From positions 127,095 through 191,094 of the forward strand of contig NZ_BJKL01000006.1 in assembly GCF_006538345.1 (NCBI RefSeq): a stretch of DNA of 64,000 bases, read 5' to 3'. The first letter of the stretch is position 1. Each line of letters starts with the position of its first letter. A model generated the notes under the pieces. That model saw only the letters and a list, made by a program, of their open reading frames with translations, was not told the DNA's origin and did not search any database. Positions 63,812-64,000 of the stretch are shown piece after piece. The position numbers were made by a program, and so were the translations under genes. The DNA is from Alteromonas sp. KUL49. GTDB lineage: Bacteria > Pseudomonadota > Gammaproteobacteria > Enterobacterales > Alteromonadaceae.

Positions 63812-63825
63812 AGGCATTTATTTTC

Positions 63826-64000
63826 ATGCGATTCTACCGACCCTTTTCTCCCGTTCACGCGTTCACCTTCGACCTTGACGACACCCTGTACAATAACGGA
63901 CCTTACATTCGTCATGCTGATGCTGTACTCAAAGCTTACATAGCAGAACACTTTGAACACGCCTCGAAGCTCTCGCCACAGGATTGGTTTGCCATAAGAA
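63826..64000 (+). CDS. yigB: HAD hydrolase YigB-like, N-terminal part; runs off the window end
   Basis: MRFYRPFSPVHAFTFDLDDTLY is the HAD motif I, and the position after xerC matches E. coli. Confidence 0.6.
   Translation, partial: MRFYRPFSPVHAFTFDLDDTLYNNGPYIRHADAVLKAYIAEHFEHASKLSPQDWFAIR

Noticed and set aside
1-64000. CRISPR arrays, IS elements and prophage genes.
   Set aside because: I found no regularly spaced direct repeats, no transposase-like ORFs and no phage structural genes. The only long AT-rich tracts are ordinary intergenic promoter regions.

Overview
This 64 kb window looks like chromosomal DNA from a marine gammaproteobacterium, probably an Alteromonas-like organism. That guess is inference from E. 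coli-like synteny (lptM-lysA-dapF-yigA-xerC-yigB), Na+-coupled symporters and generic gene content. It is gene-dense, mostly housekeeping and accessory metabolism. I see no CRISPR array, no obvious IS element or prophage, and no canonical tRNA or rRNA genes.

Syntenic blocks, left to right:
- A cobalamin lower-ligand and salvage operon on the minus strand (cobQ' ... btuD), preceded by a recognisable cobalamin riboswitch.
- A dihydrodipicolinate-synthase-family gene plus an MFS transporter, then several oxidoreductases and regulators.
- A FISUMP-domain gene interrupted by an in-frame TGA.
- A DUF3034 outer-membrane barrel gene next to a lipoprotein truncated haemoglobin.
- marR-putP-proB-proA-proC.
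- The rimK / AstE-AspA / zinc-protease triad, then zntB, a LysR regulator and maoP.
- An RtcR-controlled RNA-repair locus (described below).
- ssb.
- A Na+/solute symporter with galK-galT-galM and a divergent LacI/GalR-type regulator.
- A 7TMR-DISM GGDEF cyclase.
- uvrA, ppa, fbp, mpl, ubiX, a secreted S1/P1 nuclease and rraA.
- lptM-lysA-dapF-yigA-xerC-yigB'.

The most interesting part is the Rtc locus at 28.2-34.8 kb. rtcR, a sigma-54 enhancer-binding activator, is divergent from an operon encoding an SPFH/band-7 protein, RtcB, RtcA and a Pol-beta-type nucleotidyltransferase. The intergenic region holds two tandem, tRNA-derived but non-canonical elements. Each has a perfect T-arm and D-arm but an aberrant anticodon loop and no encoded CCA. 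They sit where Salmonella carries its Ro-associated Y RNAs, but there is no Ro/Rsr gene here.

A technical caveat matters for every gene call. At least five genes (cobS, the AraC/GyrI regulator, mpl, a PAP2 phosphatase and yigA) are split by +/-1 frameshifts located exactly in A/T homopolymers. That pattern argues for systematic homopolymer indel errors in the assembly rather than real pseudogenes.
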